In this document: positions 37,108-46,594 of the stretch, piece by piece | Layout of the letters: each line of letters starts with the position of its first letter | Numbering within the stretch: the stretch's first letter is position 1 | Source: an uncultured Gammaproteobacteria bacterium | Lineage (GTDB): Bacteria > Patescibacteriota > Patescibacteriia > Magasanikbacterales > GWA2-37-8 | Direction: 5' to 3' | Length of the DNA stretch: 64,000 nucleotides | NCBI GenBank assembly: GCA_964536725.1 | Contig: CAZHYJ010000002.1 | Span: forward strand, 27,219-91,218 | The notes under the pieces: generated by a model | Databases searched by the model: none | What the model was told of the DNA's origin: nothing | Seen by the model: the letters and a program-made list of their open reading frames with translations, nothing else | Made by a program: the position numbers and the translations under genes

Positions 37108-37160
37108 TTGACGAGTGTAGGTAAGTGGTGTAAAATGGAATGTAGTGGGGAAAAGTGGTG
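37108..37160 (+). promoter_or_regulatory. mraZ promoter (TTGACG-17-TAAAAT) overlapping four direct repeats (AGTGGTG, AATGGAA, AGTGGGG, AGTGGTG) at 10-bp periodicity.
   Basis: Read from the sequence. MraZ is known to bind direct GTGGG-type repeats spaced 10 bp apart upstream of mraZ. Confidence 0.55.
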
Positions 37161-37170
37161 AAAAACTAAT

Positions 37171-37602
37171 ATGTTTATCGGCGAATATTCTCACAATTTA
37201 GATGACAAAGGACGCTTGGCCATACCGGTCAAATTTCGTCGTGAGCTCGCCAAAGGGGCGGTTGTTACGCGTGGACTCGACAACTGTCTTTTTTTATACA
37301 CAAAAAAAGAATGGGAGAAGTTAGCAGAAAAATTAGCCACCTTACCGATCAGCCAATCCAACAGTCGCGCCTTTTCTCGTTTGATGTTGGCGGGAGCGAT
37401 GGATGTGGAAGTAGACAAGCAAGGCCGGGTAGTATTGCCGGAATATTTGCGCACCTTTGCTGGTTTAAAGAAAAATACCGTGATCGCTGGTTTGTACAAC
37501 CGTGTTGAAATTTGGGAAGAAAGTAAGTGGACTGTTTACAAACAACAGACCGAAACCAACAGCAACGAGATCGCGGAGAAAATGGCTGAACTAGGAATTT
37601 AA
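37171..37602 (+). CDS. mraZ: Transcriptional regulator MraZ.
   Basis: Two SpoVT/AbrB-like halves. N-terminus MFIGEYSHNLDDKGRLAIPVKFRREL. Confidence 0.9.
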   Translation: MFIGEYSHNLDDKGRLAIPVKFRRELAKGAVVTRGLDNCLFLYTKKEWEKLAEKLATLPISQSNSRAFSRLMLAGAMDVEVDKQGRVVLPEYLRTFAGLKKNTVIAGLYNRVEIWEESKWTVYKQQTETNSNEIAEKMAELGI

Positions 37603-37603
37603 T

Positions 37604-38506
37604 ATGCGTCATATTCCCGTGTTACTAAATGAAGTGATCGATTCCTTACAACTCAAACCTGGTTTCAAAGTAGTTGATTGCACATTGGGTGATGCTGGAC
37701 ATTCCGAAGCGATGTTAGGGAAAATTGGTCCGAAGGGAAAATTACTTGGTATCGATGCTGACGCTGAATCATTGCTGCGCGCAAAAAACAATTTGTATAG
37801 TTTTGCCAGTCAAACCACTTTTGCTCGTAACAATTTTGCCGATTTGAAAAGTACTGCGGAGAAAAATGGTTTTATCCCAGCCGATGCGATTTTGATGGAC
37901 TTGGGTTGGTCCACACCACAATTCAAAGAACGCGGACGCGGTTTCACTTTTGCCGCCGACGAACCGCTAGACATGCGCTTTGACATTAGTGCCAACGTGC
38001 CCACCGCCGCAGAGATTTTGAACACTAACAGTGTCGACGAACTTTACAAAATTTTTCACAATTACGGTGAAGAGAATCTGTCTCTAGAAATTGCCAAAGC
38101 GATCGGAGAGTTTAGAAAAAAAATGGAGATCAAAACCACCGGACAGTTGGTGGAGATAGTTTTACAAGTGTACCGTCAGAAATTACACACCGACAAAGAA
38201 ATCCCGTGGGTGGGCGGAACTCATCCTGCGACCAAAGTGTTTCAAGCTTTGCGCATCGCAGTCAATCAAGAGTTTGAGGTATTAAAACAAGCATTGCCCC
38301 AAGCCCTCGAGGTGCTGGGCAAAGGTGGGCGGTTGGCAGTGATAACTTTTCATTCCTTGGAAGATCGAATCGTTAAACAATTTTTTCAGAGAAATGTTCA
38401 TTTGGTAAAGATGGTAAACAAAAAACCAATTGTGGCCGGAGAAAAAGAGTTGCTGGCCAATCCCAGTGCGCGCTCGGCGAAGCTCCGGGTGGTGGAAAAA
38501 ATTTAA
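37604..38506 (+). CDS. rsmH: 16S rRNA (cytosine1402-N4)-methyltransferase RsmH.
   Basis: HIPVLLNEVIDSL...DCTLGDAGHSEAML. Confidence 0.9.
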   Translation: MRHIPVLLNEVIDSLQLKPGFKVVDCTLGDAGHSEAMLGKIGPKGKLLGIDADAESLLRAKNNLYSFASQTTFARNNFADLKSTAEKNGFIPADAILMDLGWSTPQFKERGRGFTFAADEPLDMRFDISANVPTAAEILNTNSVDELYKIFHNYGEENLSLEIAKAIGEFRKKMEIKTTGQLVEIVLQVYRQKLHTDKEIPWVGGTHPATKVFQALRIAVNQEFEVLKQALPQALEVLGKGGRLAVITFHSLEDRIVKQFFQRNVHLVKMVNKKPIVAGEKELLANPSARSAKLRVVEKI

Positions 38507-38528
38507 ATAAAAAAATTAAAATTAAAAT

Positions 38529-38888
38529 ATGTCACTAAAACGTCGCTTGGAAAATCAATATCAACAATTTACTTTTGCCGTGAAGACCATCACTTTACCA
38601 GCTTGGTTTAGTCACTCATTGGTAAAGGCTGGTCTAGTATCAGTCACGATATTGTTTGGCGTTTTGTATCTTCTGCAAACCAGCAACACTGCGACCAGTG
38701 GTTATGAAATTCGTAATTTAGAAAAGCAGGCTGACGCATTGTCTGCTGAAATTCAGAAAGTGGAAATTGCAGTAGCAGAAGAAAGTGCTATGCCTAATAT
38801 TCAGAAACGTTTGTCTTCGGTCGGAATGGTGCCGGTAGAAAAAATCAAATTTGTTGCTTCGGTTGGTGGTGCGGTGGCTTTGCGCTAG
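38529..38888 (+). CDS. FtsL-like cell-division protein.
   Basis: Small single-TM coiled-coil protein in the mraZ-rsmH-ftsL position. Confidence 0.5.
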   Translation: MSLKRRLENQYQQFTFAVKTITLPAWFSHSLVKAGLVSVTILFGVLYLLQTSNTATSGYEIRNLEKQADALSAEIQKVEIAVAEESAMPNIQKRLSSVGMVPVEKIKFVASVGGAVALR

Positions 38889-38911
38889 TTTTTCACTTTG
38901 ATGCTTGTCCC

Positions 38912-38940
38912 ACTTACTTCGGTGAGTGGGTTTTTAATTA
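38912..38940 (+). terminator. Terminator, CCCACTTAC-ttcg-GTGAGTGGGTTTTT.
   Basis: Hairpin plus T-run. Confidence 0.6.
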
Positions 38941-38997
38941 TTAGTAGTTGTTGTGTATTTTGACTTTTTGTTGTATATTATTAAAGTAATTAGACAT

Positions 38998-39294
38998 ATG
39001 TCCACAGCAGAACTATTAAAAAAGATACAACCCACACTTACCGCCGGCAACGTCCAATTTGCCGCCCTTTTTGGCTCTCGTGCCAAGGGTTCTTTGCGTA
39101 CCAACAGTGACTACGATTTTTTAGTTCGGTTTGCACCGTCTTTTAAGTATACTGTTTTTGATTTATTGGATCTACGCGACAATTTAAGTCGTAATTTAAA
39201 AAAACCAGTCGACGTTATCACCGTTAATGGACTAAATCCTAAAATGAAATCTGAGGTTTACAAAACAATGAAAGTTGTATATGGAAACAGGTAA
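38998..39294 (+). CDS. Minimal nucleotidyltransferase (MntA-type antitoxin).
   Basis: GSRAKGSLRTNSDYDFLV = GSxxxG...SDxD nucleotidyltransferase signature. Confidence 0.7.
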   Translation: MSTAELLKKIQPTLTAGNVQFAALFGSRAKGSLRTNSDYDFLVRFAPSFKYTVFDLLDLRDNLSRNLKKPVDVITVNGLNPKMKSEVYKTMKVVYGNR

Positions 39295-39634
39295 GCGTGA
39301 TTATTTATATTTATCACATATTTTAGACGCCATCGGTGATGTGAATAAATTTTTGCGTGGAATTGAATATGCGGATTTTGCTCACAGTGATCTTTTACAA
39401 AGTGCAGTGATGCGTAAACTTGAGATTATGGGCGAGGCTACCAAGCGATTGAGCTTAGATTTTCGCAAAACACATGCAGATATCCCTTGGAAGAAAATTG
39501 CCGGCATGCGCGACGTCCTAATTCATGATTATTTCGGTGTGGATGCAAAAGCGGTTTGGAATACTGTAAAGGAGGATTTGTCGGATTTAAAGAAGAAAAT
39601 TACGTTGATTACCAAAATGAATCCAATTATTTAA
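39281..39634 (+). CDS. HepT-like HEPN-domain toxin (DUF86).
   Basis: Rx4HxY motif (MRDVLIHDY). The 14-nt overlap with the upstream MNT gene is the typical MntA-HepT operon layout. Confidence 0.7.
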   Translation: METGKRDYLYLSHILDAIGDVNKFLRGIEYADFAHSDLLQSAVMRKLEIMGEATKRLSLDFRKTHADIPWKKIAGMRDVLIHDYFGVDAKAVWNTVKEDLSDLKKKITLITKMNPII

Positions 39635-39758
39635 TTCTTGGTTTTCATATTACTTGGTCGTTCGGTTTTTTGTCCACCATTTCTGCATTTGTTGAAACGG
39701 TGGTTTCTTCATTTTTATGGGAAATAGTGTATAATAACCCAGACATAAAAAAACATAT

Positions 39759-40550
39759 ATGCTTGAAGCAATTAATTTAACAAAAAAATTCGGCGATTTT
39801 GTTGCGGTGGACAACATCTCCTTCAAGGTAGAAAAAGGTGAAATTTTGGCGTTTCTTGGACCAAACGGCGCTGGCAAGACTACCACTATTAAAATGTTTA
39901 CCACCTTGGCGGATCCGACCAGTGGGCATTTAACAATTAATGGTGTTGATCCGGTAAAAGATTCTGATGCAGCGCGTCGATCTTTTGGTATTGTTTTTCA
40001 AGATCAGAGTTTGGATGAAGAGTTGACTGCCTATGAAAATGTCCATATTCATACAGTATTGTACGGTCTAAAAAATCCTCAGAGAAAAGAACGGATCGAA
40101 CAGATGCTGAAGTTCGTTGAGTTGTGGGATCGTAAAGATGAACTGGTTAAAAAGTTTTCTGGTGGAATGCGTCGTCGGTTGGAAATTGCCCGGGCACTGA
40201 CACATCATCCCAAGATCTTGTTTTTGGACGAACCGACTTTAGGTTTGGATCCGCAGACCCGCAATCATATTTGGGAGTATGTCAAAGATTTAAACAAAAA
40301 AGAGGGGATGACGGTGTTTTTTTCCACCCATTATATGGAAGAAGCCGAGCGAGTGGCGGACCGGGTGGTGATTATTGACCATGGAAAAATTATCGGCACT
40401 GGAACGCCAGAGGCTTTGAAGCAACAAACTAATACTGCTAGTTTGGAAGATGCGTTTTTGAGTTTGACCGGTCGAGTCATTCGTGATGAAGAAGTGGGGG
40501 CAGTGGATAATTTACGCCTGCATCGTCGGGCTTGGACTAAGCAGAAATAA
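39759..40550 (+). CDS. ABC transporter ATP-binding protein.
   Basis: Walker A GPNGAGKTT, signature FSGGMRRRL, Walker B LFLDEPT. Confidence 0.9.
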   Translation: MLEAINLTKKFGDFVAVDNISFKVEKGEILAFLGPNGAGKTTTIKMFTTLADPTSGHLTINGVDPVKDSDAARRSFGIVFQDQSLDEELTAYENVHIHTVLYGLKNPQRKERIEQMLKFVELWDRKDELVKKFSGGMRRRLEIARALTHHPKILFLDEPTLGLDPQTRNHIWEYVKDLNKKEGMTVFFSTHYMEEAERVADRVVIIDHGKIIGTGTPEALKQQTNTASLEDAFLSLTGRVIRDEEVGAVDNLRLHRRAWTKQK

Positions 40551-40554
40551 CCAT

Positions 40555-41301
40555 ATGAGCACTATTTATATTTTGTGGTTAAGACAAATTAAACGTTACC
40601 TGCGTTCCAAATCAAGAATTATTGGATCGCTTGGACAGCCACTGTTGTTTTTTATTGCTTTTGGTTTTGGTTTTGGTCCAATTTTTCAAAAAGCCGGCGG
40701 AGGAAACTATATCGAATTTCTCGCTCCGGGCATTATCATCATGAGTATTTTGTTTACTGCGGTATTTTCCGGAATTGAAATGATTTGGGACCGCCAGTTT
40801 GGTTTCTTAAAAGAAACCTTTGTGGCGCCAGTACCACGTTATCAAATCGTGATCGGTCGGATTTTGGGTGGGGCGACAGTGGCGATGTTACAAGGGTTAA
40901 TTGTTTTGGTGTTGGTTTTTGTCGCCGGCTTTCGTGTGAGTAATTTTCTCGCTTTGCCGTTGGCGCTATTGATAATGTTTTTGACCGCACTTTTGTTTAC
41001 TGCCATTGGTACGGCGATCGCTTCTTTCATGGAAGATATGCATGGTTTCCAATTGGTGATAAACTTTCTGATCATGCCGATTTTCTTTTTGTCCGGCGCA
41101 ATGTTCCCGCTTAGTGGTTTACCCAAGGCGTTGACGGTGGTGGCTTCTTTGGATCCACTGTCCTATGGCGTGGATGGTTTAAGGGGTGCGCTGACTAATG
41201 CCGCTCATTTTGGTTTGTCGTTTGATCTGTTTATCTTAGCGGCGGCCTGTGCAGTAATGTTATCGTTTGCAACTTATCTGTTTTCGAAAATTAAGATGTA
41301 A
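40555..41301 (+). CDS. ABC-2 type transporter permease.
   Basis: Six-TM ABC2-like membrane protein following the ATPase. Start moved to the internal ATG. Confidence 0.75.
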   Translation: MSTIYILWLRQIKRYLRSKSRIIGSLGQPLLFFIAFGFGFGPIFQKAGGGNYIEFLAPGIIIMSILFTAVFSGIEMIWDRQFGFLKETFVAPVPRYQIVIGRILGGATVAMLQGLIVLVLVFVAGFRVSNFLALPLALLIMFLTALLFTAIGTAIASFMEDMHGFQLVINFLIMPIFFLSGAMFPLSGLPKALTVVASLDPLSYGVDGLRGALTNAAHFGLSFDLFILAAACAVMLSFATYLFSKIKM

Positions 41302-41381
41302 GTACTTCTTTGGGGTGGTGTGGTGGGGCAGTCATTTTTCTCTGTCCAAGTTTGTGGTATAATATATCCATCAAATTTACT

Positions 41382-41732
41382 ATGTGGATTCTGATTCTAC
41401 AACGATTGGCAATTGAGGCAATTCTTGATGTTTTGTATTTCCCGATCTGGTGGTATACAGGCGGTGTTTGGCATGCGCTGATGTTTTGTTTGGATATGTT
41501 GAAAGAGGGGAATCGTAATTTTGCACCTGGGGTTTGGTTGCGTAATATTTTTGTACCAATGTATGGTCAGTATGATTGGCAGGGGCGGATCATCAGTTTC
41601 TTTATGCGTTTGGCGCAGATTATTGGGCGCACCTTTGCTTTGCTTGTCTGGTTAGTAGTTTGTCTAATTTTCTTTTTAATTTGGTTGGCGTTGCCGCTCG
41701 TCGTGGTAGCGGGAATATTAACTTTACGTTAG
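41382..41732 (+). CDS. Hypothetical small membrane protein.
   Basis: Hydrophobic ORF. The start is uncertain (upstream TTG at 41310 in the track). Confidence 0.35.
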   Translation: MWILILQRLAIEAILDVLYFPIWWYTGGVWHALMFCLDMLKEGNRNFAPGVWLRNIFVPMYGQYDWQGRIISFFMRLAQIIGRTFALLVWLVVCLIFFLIWLALPLVVVAGILTLR

Positions 41733-41733
41733 T

Positions 41734-44505
41734 ATGTTGTTTGAAAAAAAACAACCTTTAAATATTTTAATCTGTTCCACCTGTCGTTCCACCGGTACGG
41801 TTAATTTTCGTAGTTGTCCCGAGTGCCACGGATTGGCGATGGGTTTTACAACCCGTGGGAAATTTTTATTTTGGGGTTTCCCTTTAACACGTTATCATCT
41901 GGCTTTAAGTAAAGCGCGCCGAATATTTAACAAAGTGCGTTTGATAACGATTTTAATTTTGGGGTTAAATTTTTGGTTTTGGTTTGGTTTTGCGGTTTAT
42001 CGAGCAGGGAATTTGAATGCACTGGTTGATGCGCTGTTAAAAAACAATATTACTTTATTTAAAACATTACTGCCTTCAATCTATCTGTTTTGGCTAGGAG
42101 CGATTTGTTTGCTATATTTTTGGTCATTAGCAGTACGCGGTAAAAAACGTCCAGTAATGGTGGAGAAATTTAACTATAACCTGGCGCCAGTTGATGAACC
42201 GAAAGAGTTGGTCTTAAACAATTGGATTGAAGCGCGCAAGATTTCTCGTAGTAGAAAGAAAAACATCGCGGCGGCATATACCGAGGAAGCGCGAATGGTA
42301 CTAGGCGAGGCCTATCGTCTCACCGATCGCAACGGTTACGATTCGGTCACGCCGGCGCATCTTTTTTACGCCTTGCTTTCGTTTAACCGAATTGCAAACA
42401 TTTTTATCCGCCTCGGGATTCCGGCGCATACGATTCAGGGTCAGCTGGGTTTAGCCTTAAAAAAAGAACAGACAAAAAACCAGGCAATGCCACTACCGTC
42501 AGATGATTTGATGCAGATATTGTTTCAAGCCTATGAAGAAGCATATTTAGCACATCAAGAATACGTTAGTGTTACCGAATTGTTATTGGCGACCATTAAG
42601 CAATCTCCGCTGTTGCAAGAAATTCTGTTTGCTTTAAATATTGATAAACAAAAATTACAAAATGTAGTGGAGTGGGTGCGAATTCGTGAGCGGCTTTATC
42701 GTGAGTATCAGTCACATCGTCGTTCTTCGTCCGGGCGTAGTAAAAAAGGGATGGACAAAGCCATGACCGCGATGCAAACACCGTTTTTGGACCAATTTAG
42801 TGAGGATATGACTTTGAGTGCAATGTATGGCAATGCTGAGCCATGTATTGCGCGCGAAAAAGAATTGGAAGAGATTTTCCGGGTGGTTGAAGGTGGGCAG
42901 TCTAATGTAATTTTAGTGGGTGATTCGGGGGTGGGCAAAAAGAGTATTATGGAAGGGTTGTCCGAAAGAATGGTGGCGGACGACGTGCCAGCACGTTTGA
43001 AAGACAAACGGTTGGTACGTTTGAGTGTTTCTTCGTTGTTGGCAGGTACTTCACCGGCTGGTGCAGTGGAACGTCTGCTGTCGATTATTTATGAAATCAA
43101 TCGGGCGGGGAATATTATTTTGTTTGTTCACAATATTCACGATTTAATCGGCGTAACTACCGGTGCTGGTGGTGGGTTGGATGTGGCCAGTTCTTTAGCG
43201 GAAAAATTATCGAGCGGACGTTTTTTAACTTTTGCCACTACCGATTCGGATGCTTTTACTAAACATATCACCAACTCGCCTTTGGGTGGAGTATTTACCA
43301 AAGTTGAGATTCGTGAAATGGATGAAAATCAAGCGATCCAGGTTTTGGAATCGAAGGTTGGTTATGTCGAATACAAAAACAATGTTTTCTTTTCGTATGA
43401 CGCGCTAGCCAAAGCGGTTTCTTTATCACGCCGTTTTCTGCATGATGTCTATCTGCCCGGGAGTGCTTTGGAGGTTATGACCGAAACGGCTGCCTATACC
43501 CACAACCACAAAGGACTAAACTCGTTGGTAACTGGCGAAGAGGTGGGGGCAGTAGTGGCAGAAAAAACTCATATCCCGGCATCCACAGTATCGTCGGATG
43601 AAAGTCAAAAATTGTTAAACTTGGAAACAGAAATGCACAAACGTGTCGTCGGGCAAGTTGAGGCGGTGGATTTGGTGGCCAATGCTTTGCGCCGGGCACG
43701 AGCGGAGATTCGTTCGACCAGCCGTCCGATTGCCAACTTTTTGTTTTTGGGTCCGACTGGTGTGGGTAAAACCGAATTAGCCAAAACAATTGCCGAAGTA
43801 TATTTTGGTGGTGAACAAAGAATGATCCGGCTTGATATGAGTGAATATCAAGACAAGTCTGGTATCTATCGGTTACTTGGTGCGCCCGGTGAAAAAGGCA
43901 CGGGCATTTTAACAGAAGCCGTGCGTAAAAATCCATTTGCTTTGCTTTTGTTGGATGAGGTAGAAAAAGCCGACAAAGATATTTTGAATTTGTTTTTGCA
44001 AGTAATGGATGATGGGCGCTTAACGGATAGTACGGGAAAAGTGGTAGATTTTACCAATGTGATTTTGATTGCCACTTCGAATGCAGGTACCGCCTATGTA
44101 CAAGAACAATTGCACGCCGGCTTGTCTTCAGAAGCGATTAAAGAGCGGATGTTACACGGCGAACTCGGACAATATTTTCGTCCGGAGTTTTTAAATCGTT
44201 TTGATGGGATTGTATTATTTAAATCTTTGGATCGTGAAGCGATTAAAAAGGTGGCCGGCATGATGTTAAAACGGGTGGCAAAAGATTTGGAAGCCAAGGG
44301 TGTGGAGTTGAAAATCGAAGAGGGGGCTTTAGAGTTTTTGGCAGATGTTGGGTTTGATCCGGATTTTGGTGCCCGTCCGATGCGTCGAGCGATTCAGGAA
44401 CGAATTGAGAATCGTTTGGCAGAATTGGTTTTGTCTGGTAAATTAGGGAGACAGGATATTGTGGTAGTAGGCGCTGGAGGAGAAGTGCGAGTGGAGGCCA
44501 AGTAG
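41734..44505 (+). CDS. Clp/Hsp100-family AAA+ ATPase (ClpC-like) with an N-terminal zinc ribbon, two TM helices, and a degenerate D1 ATPase domain.
   Basis: CSTCRS...CPEC at the N-terminus, then TMs and Clp_N repeats. D1 is degenerate (Walker A GDSGVGKKS, Walker B position HN instead of DE). D2 is intact (GPTGVGKTE, LLLDEVEKA). Confidence 0.75.
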   Translation: MLFEKKQPLNILICSTCRSTGTVNFRSCPECHGLAMGFTTRGKFLFWGFPLTRYHLALSKARRIFNKVRLITILILGLNFWFWFGFAVYRAGNLNALVDALLKNNITLFKTLLPSIYLFWLGAICLLYFWSLAVRGKKRPVMVEKFNYNLAPVDEPKELVLNNWIEARKISRSRKKNIAAAYTEEARMVLGEAYRLTDRNGYDSVTPAHLFYALLSFNRIANIFIRLGIPAHTIQGQLGLALKKEQTKNQAMPLPSDDLMQILFQAYEEAYLAHQEYVSVTELLLATIKQSPLLQEILFALNIDKQKLQNVVEWVRIRERLYREYQSHRRSSSGRSKKGMDKAMTAMQTPFLDQFSEDMTLSAMYGNAEPCIAREKELEEIFRVVEGGQSNVILVGDSGVGKKSIMEGLSERMVADDVPARLKDKRLVRLSVSSLLAGTSPAGAVERLLSIIYEINRAGNIILFVHNIHDLIGVTTGAGGGLDVASSLAEKLSSGRFLTFATTDSDAFTKHITNSPLGGVFTKVEIREMDENQAIQVLESKVGYVEYKNNVFFSYDALAKAVSLSRRFLHDVYLPGSALEVMTETAAYTHNHKGLNSLVTGEEVGAVVAEKTHIPASTVSSDESQKLLNLETEMHKRVVGQVEAVDLVANALRRARAEIRSTSRPIANFLFLGPTGVGKTELAKTIAEVYFGGEQRMIRLDMSEYQDKSGIYRLLGAPGEKGTGILTEAVRKNPFALLLLDEVEKADKDILNLFLQVMDDGRLTDSTGKVVDFTNVILIATSNAGTAYVQEQLHAGLSSEAIKERMLHGELGQYFRPEFLNRFDGIVLFKSLDREAIKKVAGMMLKRVAKDLEAKGVELKIEEGALEFLADVGFDPDFGARPMRRAIQERIENRLAELVLSGKLGRQDIVVVGAGGEVRVEAK

Positions 44506-44509
44506 TGCT

Positions 44510-44935
44510 ATGCAAGTTTACAAGACGAAGGCAAAAAAGTTTTCAGGTACAGATTTTCATGAGGTTCACAGCAAGGCTTTTGGTTCGTATACAAAGATAA
44601 AAAAGAAATCAAAACGCCGAACTTATATCAGGTCGGCGTATTTTAAGAAGGATAAAATATTTATTGATTTGTTTTGGCACCATTTGTTTGAAAAGGAAAA
44701 TTGGCGTGATAGGGTGCGGCGTATGAAATATTTTGACTGTGCGTTAGAGCTTATCCAGAACTCATCTTTCAAGCCCAATTCTATCAAAGATCCAAACAAG
44801 TCAACGGAGATGCTTTATCGTTTTTATGGCATCACCGCTGACAACGAACTTTTTTGTGTACAGATTAAGGAAAATTTGAAGAAAAAACAAAAATTTTTAA
44901 TTTCAGTTTTTCCTACCAATGGGCCTAATATGTAA
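44510..44935 (+). CDS. Hypothetical basic protein (141 aa) translationally coupled to the Clp ATPase.
   Basis: Starts 5 nt after the Clp stop and has its own downstream terminator. Lys/Arg-rich N-terminus. No recognised domain. Weak RelE/ParE-like pattern (MLYRFYGITADNELFCVQI). Confidence 0.4.
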   Translation: MQVYKTKAKKFSGTDFHEVHSKAFGSYTKIKKKSKRRTYIRSAYFKKDKIFIDLFWHHLFEKENWRDRVRRMKYFDCALELIQNSSFKPNSIKDPNKSTEMLYRFYGITADNELFCVQIKENLKKKQKFLISVFPTNGPNM

Positions 44936-45037
44936 ATAAAACAAAAAAGAACTTTCCGCTAAGTGTGGTGTAGAAACCACGGCCGAAAGTCTTTTTCTTG
45001 GTTATATGCTACCATATATATGGAGTAATGTCAAATT

Positions 45038-46063
45038 ATGATATATTTTATCGCCGCACTAGTTCTATCGTTAATTTTCTCTGGGCTTGTCAAACGCACC
45101 ATGCTAAAGTTGCGGATTGTTGACGTGCCGGATGGAACCAGAAAGTTACACCGCGGACCGGTGGCGTTGGGCGGCGGGGTTGCTTTGTTTTTATCGTTTT
45201 GGTTAGTAGTGGGGTACATTGTATTTTTTACAAACTTGCTTGGTAAAAATTTAAACCCAGCAGATTTGGTTGGGGTGTTTTTTGGCAGTCTACTTTTGCT
45301 CATTATTGGTCTGTGGGATGACAAGAAAAATATTTCGGCGCGGTGGCGATTACTAGCAACAGTGGCAGCAGTGCTGATGGCCGTTTTGGGAGGAGTGGGG
45401 ATTGATAAAATCACTAACCCATTTGGCGGAGTTTTGTCTTTAGGAAATATTTTGTTGTTGGCGGATGTTTTGGTTTTTTGTTGGATTTTGGGAATGACTT
45501 ACACAGTCAAGATTTTAGATGGGCTAGATGGCTTGGCTACCGGTATTACCGCAATTGGTGCTTTGGTAATTTATGGTGTAGCCAGTGGGGAACGTTGGCA
45601 TCAGCCGGATATGGCATTGCTCGCGTTAGTTTTTGCCGGTGTCTGTTTGGGCTTTTTGTTTTGGAATTTTTCTCCTGCCAAGATTTTTCTCGGTGAAGGC
45701 GGGGGATTGTTTTTAGGATATATCTTGGGTGTGTTGGCAGTAATTTCTGGCGGTAAAATTGCCACAGCACTTTTGGTAATGGCCATACCGATTTTAGATT
45801 TAATCAGAGTGGTGATCATCCGTTTTCGCCGGGGTCAGCCGATTTTTCAAGGCGATCGGGAACATTTGCATTTTTGGTTACGTGATCATGGTTTTTCGGA
45901 AAAGACCACTGTGCTCGGATTGTATGCCGTTGCCATTATCTTTGGTTCGTTAACTTTATTTTTACAAAGCATTGGTAAACTAGTCGCACTCTTATTTTTA
46001 TTTTTGTTAATGGGTATCGTCGCCTTAGTTATTCAAAGCAAAAAACCATATGTCCAAAAGTGA
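45038..46063 (+). CDS. GT4-family polyprenyl-phosphate N-acetylhexosamine-1-phosphate transferase (WecA/TagO-type rather than MraY).
   Basis: IVDVPDGTRKLHRGPVALGGGVAL matches the WecA/TagO N-terminal pattern, not the MraY K..TPTMGG pattern. Ten TMs and a DGLDGL motif. Confidence 0.65.
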   Translation: MIYFIAALVLSLIFSGLVKRTMLKLRIVDVPDGTRKLHRGPVALGGGVALFLSFWLVVGYIVFFTNLLGKNLNPADLVGVFFGSLLLLIIGLWDDKKNISARWRLLATVAAVLMAVLGGVGIDKITNPFGGVLSLGNILLLADVLVFCWILGMTYTVKILDGLDGLATGITAIGALVIYGVASGERWHQPDMALLALVFAGVCLGFLFWNFSPAKIFLGEGGGLFLGYILGVLAVISGGKIATALLVMAIPILDLIRVVIIRFRRGQPIFQGDREHLHFWLRDHGFSEKTTVLGLYAVAIIFGSLTLFLQSIGKLVALLFLFLLMGIVALVIQSKKPYVQK

Positions 46064-46532
46064 AAACGAAACCGGAGGCAAAAAGCCAAGTTGGCAGGTT
46101 GTTTTTGTTTTGATCATTATCGCCCTAGCCATCGGTTTAAAACTTTATTCATATTACTGGCCAAAGGCGGAAATCAAAGTTAGCGGCGAGCTGTTAAAAG
46201 TTTTGGTAGCCAAAGATTACAAGCATTTGGTCAAAGGGTTGAGTGGACGCAAAGATTTGGGTGGTTATGACGGTATGTTGTTTGTTTTTGGGAACAGTAG
46301 CCAACATACGATGGTGATGCGTGATATGGAGTTTTCAATTGACATTATCTGGATTGATAAAGGGCAGATCGTGGATATTGCTCCGAGCGTTCCAGTTGAG
46401 CCCGGAAAGACTGAAGGGGAGTATTTCCCTTATCTCGCCCGTAGCGCTTCTAGCCACGTTTTAGAGGTGCCAGCAGGGACCGCTGTAAGGCAGGGTTGGA
46501 AGATTGGGGACAAGGTGGATTTCTACCCTTGA
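46050..46532 (+). CDS. DUF192 domain protein (COG1430).
   Basis: N-terminal TM, then GMLFVFGNSSQHTMVMRDMEFSIDIIWIDKGQIV, which is DUF192-like. Confidence 0.55.
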   Translation: MSKSENETGGKKPSWQVVFVLIIIALAIGLKLYSYYWPKAEIKVSGELLKVLVAKDYKHLVKGLSGRKDLGGYDGMLFVFGNSSQHTMVMRDMEFSIDIIWIDKGQIVDIAPSVPVEPGKTEGEYFPYLARSASSHVLEVPAGTAVRQGWKIGDKVDFYP

Positions 46533-46594
46533 CTTTTAGTGGCTTTTCCTGTATATTATGAGCACTTAGCACTCAATTATTAATAACTATTATT

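Noticed and set aside
45038-46063. Initial call of this GT4-family membrane protein as MraY because of its proximity to the dcw-type genes.
   Set aside because: The N-terminal motif VDVPDGTRKLHRGPVALGGG matches the WecA/TagO pattern (DxPxxRKxH...GG), not the MraY pattern (K..TPTMGG). mraZ-rsmH-ftsL are about 7 kb upstream and separated by unrelated genes.
46560-46580. GAGCACTTAGCACTC upstream of rplU, containing a perfect CIRCE half-site TTAGCACTC.
   Set aside because: Only a direct repeat of GCACT is present. There is no inverted partner GAGTGCTAA at N9 spacing, so it is not a functional CIRCE operator.
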